Origin: a virus
Length of the DNA: 41,785 nt
Reading direction: 5' to 3' (one strand)
IMG/VR virus record: IMGVR_UViG_3300046615_000228
Location: 1-41,785 of that record
Within the stretch, counting starts at the first letter, position 1. Each line of letters opens with the position of its first letter. This document shows, piece by piece, positions 38,407-41,785 of the stretch. The notes under the pieces are model-generated. The model was not told where the DNA came from, did not search any database, and saw nothing but the letters and a program-made list of their open reading frames with translations. A program made the position numbers and the translations under genes.

Positions 38407-38547
38407 ATGCTGGGCTTTATGTTCGTTGTGCTACTGATCGCCATCGTTTTTGGCGTCAACATGATTCACAAGGCGGTTCACGAGCTGAAAGACCGTGTGA
38501 CCGAATCAGAAGCTAGGCTTATCAGCGAAATAGAGCGGAACCGTTAA
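38407..38547 (+). CDS. Small membrane-anchored protein (46 aa) on the opposite strand, in a low-GC patch
   Basis: MLGFMFVVLLIAIVFGVNMIHKAVHELKDRVTESEARLISEIERNR. Local GC is about 50% (hand count of 38401-38547). Its TAA interlocks with the TAA of the convergent 599-aa gene (TTAA). Confidence 0.5.
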   Translation: MLGFMFVVLLIAIVFGVNMIHKAVHELKDRVTESEARLISEIERNR

Positions 38548-40343
38548 CGCTTCTTCTGCTTGAACCGCCGCACCAATTCATCATCCGCCGCGACTTCTTC
38601 CGGCGTTGCAACCCGCCCGCCTGCCATCTCCAGTTCAAGCATCTGACCAAGGCGCGGACCCGCTACCGGCAATGCACGCGGCGCACCACTGACCAACCTC
38701 GCCAGCCCCGCAGTGGGCTTGCCCTGCTGCAACAGCTTGGATGCCATGTTGGAATTGAGCGCACGGCCAGCAACCGCGCCGCCCGCAATGCCCTTAGCCA
38801 GCAGCGGCAGGACGCCCAGCGATGCGGCGCCAATCGCGCCCCCGCCCCCCGTCATCAGGTTGGTATAGAACTGGCGCTGAGCCGATCCAGAATCGCCTAG
38901 ACCGTCCTTCAGCACGTTCTGCCCAATCTTCGCCAGCTCGCGCATCTCCTTGGTGCTGCCCTTGCGAATCAGGGGCCACAGCGAGGCGGGACGCACGTTG
39001 CCAGCCGCGCCACCACCCTGCCCGGCCGCACCGCTGGCCTGCTTGAGGGCATCTTCCACCACGCGCATGTTCGCCCACTGTCCGCGACTCTTGGCGAGTG
39101 CTGCTGCGTCATCCGGGCCGATTGCCTCGGCTGCAATATCGTCCAGCGTCTTGCGAAGCTCTTTCACGGCCGATCCGGTCTTGTCCGGTCCTTCCGCCTT
39201 CTGGATGAGCGTGCGAACCGCCTGATACTTCTTGCCAGTCAGTGCGCCATCTTCGGAATTGGAGATGATGCGATCCAACTGGTTGCGGACGACTTGCGCC
39301 TCATCGTGCGTCAGGTTCTTGGCGGCCCCGCTTTCCACGGCCACAAGGCGGCGCATCGCATCGGCCGACAGGGGAACGTCGTTGCGGCCATAAATGTCCT
39401 CAAACACGCCGCCAATCTTCTGGCGCGCAGAGCGCATCACGTCATCTGTCAGGTACTTGGCCTTGTCGAGGCCCATAGAGCGGCCAAGGGCGCTGTTAAA
39501 CGCCTCCTGCTGCCCCTTGGCTGCGCCAGCAGCGCCAGAGAACGGCAGCCAGCGCGAAACCGCCTGCATCGCCTTTATCGGGCCGGATTCGGACACCTGA
39601 GCAACGTTCAGCGGGATGCCAGCGCGGCGAGCAAGGTCAATCGAAGTCTGCACGGCTTCGGGCAGGGCGTTCTTCGCCCCTGTAGCCAGTCGGCCGAGAC
39701 CTGAAGCGACGCCCTGACCGACGACGCCAAGCCCAGCACCGAGGCCAGTATTAAGCGCGCGATACTCGCCCGAGGCTACCGGCTGAAGTCCGCTGAACAA
39801 CGCGCCATTAGCAGCCGACAAGCCGAACTTGCCAAGTGTGCTGGCAGCGCCGCCAGGAATGGCCGCCGTCTGCGCAACTTGCCCGAGAACATTACCCGCC
39901 AAGCCCGCCTTGGTGTCCATCAACGGGGCTTCTAGCCTGCGCGTCTCGTCAATGTCCGCCTGCTGCGATGCCTGCGACGCGGCCACGTAATCATCCGCGC
40001 CGTGCATGATCCGCTTGGCTGCGTCCATGCCATAGGCATCGACCAGCGGAGCCATCGTGCTGGTGAAGCGACGGGCGTTATCCGTGACCGCCTGCTTTAC
40101 GCCGCGCCCGGTGCCAACAATGGCGCTGCCAAAGCCCGCGCGCACCTTGTCCAGCGTGGACATATCATCGGCAGGGTTAGCGGCGGCCTGCGGCTTCGGC
40201 GCACCCGTAATCAGGCGAGCAAAGTCGGAATCGTTGGCGGACGGGGCATCAAATTCCCGAGTCGCGGCGTCGATTTCCTCTGGAGAAGCGTCATCGGGGA
40301 ACTCATGCATCCTCCCCTGTGCGTCTCGGAAGTATTGGGCCAT
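38544..40343 (-). CDS. Internal virion / DNA-ejection protein, the third of three (P22 gp16-sized)
   Basis: 599 aa. N-terminal GRMHEFPDDASPEEID. Ala/Gly-rich with hydrophobic stretches near the C-terminus (GGGGAIGAASLGVLPLLAKGIAGGAVAG). Assigned by synteny. Confidence 0.75.
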   Translation of the reverse strand: MAQYFRDAQGRMHEFPDDASPEEIDAATREFDAPSANDSDFARLITGAPKPQAAANPADDMSTLDKVRAGFGSAIVGTGRGVKQAVTDNARRFTSTMAPLVDAYGMDAAKRIMHGADDYVAASQASQQADIDETRRLEAPLMDTKAGLAGNVLGQVAQTAAIPGGAASTLGKFGLSAANGALFSGLQPVASGEYRALNTGLGAGLGVVGQGVASGLGRLATGAKNALPEAVQTSIDLARRAGIPLNVAQVSESGPIKAMQAVSRWLPFSGAAGAAKGQQEAFNSALGRSMGLDKAKYLTDDVMRSARQKIGGVFEDIYGRNDVPLSADAMRRLVAVESGAAKNLTHDEAQVVRNQLDRIISNSEDGALTGKKYQAVRTLIQKAEGPDKTGSAVKELRKTLDDIAAEAIGPDDAAALAKSRGQWANMRVVEDALKQASGAAGQGGGAAGNVRPASLWPLIRKGSTKEMRELAKIGQNVLKDGLGDSGSAQRQFYTNLMTGGGGAIGAASLGVLPLLAKGIAGGAVAGRALNSNMASKLLQQGKPTAGLARLVSGAPRALPVAGPRLGQMLELEMAGGRVATPEEVAADDELVRRFKQKKR

Positions 40344-41704
40344 TAATTGCTGCTCCTGACGAGCTTGCCGTTAGCGTCTCGGGTCCAGACAGTGCCGCCC
40401 CCGCCGCCCTGAGTAATGGACGTGTTGGGGCGATCCTGCGACTCCGCATACTTCTTATTCAGCCGCTTAATCTGCTGAAGCGCAGTCATTCGGGTTTCAA
40501 CAGGAAGCGTGGGGTTTGCGAGGTCGCCGGCCATTTGCTTATAGAGCTGCACGTCCTTATCCGACTGCGGACCCTGCATTCGCGGCATGGACGAGGTGAG
40601 CTGACCCGCAATCGTTTGCAACGCAGCGATGGCCTTTGCGCCCGTCGTGGACTGGCCGAAAACAGCCGCGCCAGCGTCAACGAGGTTCCCGACAGAGCTT
40701 CCGGTGGAAAGAGGAAGCAAACGCTCCGCCTCATCCAACAACGTCAGCGCGCGATTAGCGTCTACCGCCTTGGTTGCCACCGCCGAATCACGCTCACTCC
40801 GCGCCTTTGCGGCAGCTTCAGCGGCAGCCTTCTTGGCTGCGTTTTCGGCCTCAATGTCGCCGCGTTGCGGAAGGTTGCGCAACTCAACGGCTTGCTTGGC
40901 CGCCGCCTCGGCTGCCGCAGTTTCGGCCGCACTTGGATTGCGCTGCGGAACTGGAGCAGCGGGCGGAGCCTGTCCGCCGACCATCATCGGCGCACCCTGC
41001 TGCGTGCGCATCCAGCTCTCTACCTGATCCTGCGGAACGCCCGCCTTCGTCATCTGGTTGGCAAATTCGGCGATCTGCTGATCGTCCATGCGCGGAGGCG
41101 GGGACGCTGCGCCAGCAGACGGACCAATCCCCGTGGTTTGGCCGATCTGGCCGCGCCCAGTGGTGACCAGATACGGCAACTGGCCCGGCTCATTGATGAG
41201 CTGCGTGCTAGGCGATGCCGCCTTGCCGGTATCAATGACCTGTCCGCCACGGGTGACGATGCCAATGTTCCCGTTTGCAAGGATTTGCGTGCTCTGGACG
41301 TTTCCGCCTCCGCTGTTCCCACCCAACGCCTGCGCCAGCTTCTGGATATTCGGCGCAAACGAGGGGTCCCACTGACCCGGAGCCGGGATGCCCAACGCCT
41401 GCGCCTGCTGCGCGAGCTGCGGATAGGCCTGTGCCTTCTGCTCATCGGGCAGGGCATCGAACGCGGTCGCGTATTCGCCGAGGCGTGCGCGGGCGTTGTC
41501 GTCCATGCCCTTGAAGTGGCTTTCCGCGTCATACGCAGCCGCAGGACTCACGCCCGCCATCTGCGCAATCAAGCCCTGGCGCTGGTCGCGCGGAGCCTGC
41601 ATGGACTGCTGCACCAAGCCAGCAAGGCGCGACTGCTGCCCACGTTGACGGCCTTCCTCGGACTTCTGCCCGATGTAATCCATCATTCCGAGAATGTCAG
41701 CCAT
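40343..41704 (-). CDS. Internal virion / DNA-ejection protein, the second of three (P22 gp20-sized)
   Basis: 453 aa, Gln/Ala/Gly-rich with helical segments. Coupled to the flanking ejection-protein genes. Confidence 0.75.
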   Translation of the reverse strand: MADILGMMDYIGQKSEEGRQRGQQSRLAGLVQQSMQAPRDQRQGLIAQMAGVSPAAAYDAESHFKGMDDNARARLGEYATAFDALPDEQKAQAYPQLAQQAQALGIPAPGQWDPSFAPNIQKLAQALGGNSGGGNVQSTQILANGNIGIVTRGGQVIDTGKAASPSTQLINEPGQLPYLVTTGRGQIGQTTGIGPSAGAASPPPRMDDQQIAEFANQMTKAGVPQDQVESWMRTQQGAPMMVGGQAPPAAPVPQRNPSAAETAAAEAAAKQAVELRNLPQRGDIEAENAAKKAAAEAAAKARSERDSAVATKAVDANRALTLLDEAERLLPLSTGSSVGNLVDAGAAVFGQSTTGAKAIAALQTIAGQLTSSMPRMQGPQSDKDVQLYKQMAGDLANPTLPVETRMTALQQIKRLNKKYAESQDRPNTSITQGGGGGTVWTRDANGKLVRSSN

Positions 41705-41785
41705 CAGGAATAGCCCCCTGCGCCGTAGGCGTTCTGCCAGTTAGCGCCGCTCGCCGTTGTGGGTGCCGCCGCATACGGGCTGCCG
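41659..41785. repeat. Terminal overlap copy 2 (identical to 1-127)
   Basis: Read directly. Confidence 0.9.

Overview
The window is a complete, circularly closed genome of a temperate, GC-rich (about 60-65% by eye) P22-like/lambdoid podovirus. Bases 1-127 are identical to 41659-41785, so the unique length is 41,658 bp.

Layout:
- Late operon on the minus strand. It starts after a Q-like regulator and a 155-bp gap at 14372, then runs: HslV-like peptidase, endolysin, holin-like protein, lipoprotein serine protease, Rz/Rz1 spanins, TerS, TerL, portal, scaffold, major capsid, adaptor, gp10-type hub, cupin. It continues across the circular junction (46 -> 41704) through three ejection-type proteins and a four-gene receptor-binding cassette, ending at 33563.
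- Early-right operon on the minus strand (22661 -> 14373): Cro-like, 186-CII-like, replication initiator with internal iterons, DnaB, YbcO-like, RuvC-like resolvase, HNH-AP2 endonuclease, metallophosphoesterase, Q-like.
- Immunity switch (22404-23320): a short CI-like repressor and two near-identical operator-controlled promoters.
- Early-left operon on the plus strand (23378 -> 32675): pentapeptide-repeat protein, small membrane proteins, NinB-like, annealing protein, a second HNH-AP2, YqaJ exonuclease, SSB-tip protein, DUF551, HNH, Xis-like, integrase.
- attP/moron region (32676-33510) with three tRNA 3'-end fragments.

No rRNA genes, intact tRNA genes, CRISPR arrays, transposases or reverse transcriptase were seen.

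Most interesting observations:
- A gp10-type tail-hub gene split by a 395-aa Ig-like plus Asp-box propeller insertion.
- A pentapeptide-repeat (DNA-mimic fold) protein encoded by 19 near-identical 15-bp units, as the first gene of a repressor-controlled early operon.
- A lipoprotein trypsin-like protease plus a mini-membrane peptide inside the lysis cassette.
- An orphan HslV-like peptidase at the stx-type late-moron position.
- A 91-aa protein ending in the bacterial SSB tip DDIPF.
- Iteron arrays inside the replication gene.
- Two opposite-strand small-membrane-protein morons.

All functional calls come from reading motifs by eye. No database search was run.
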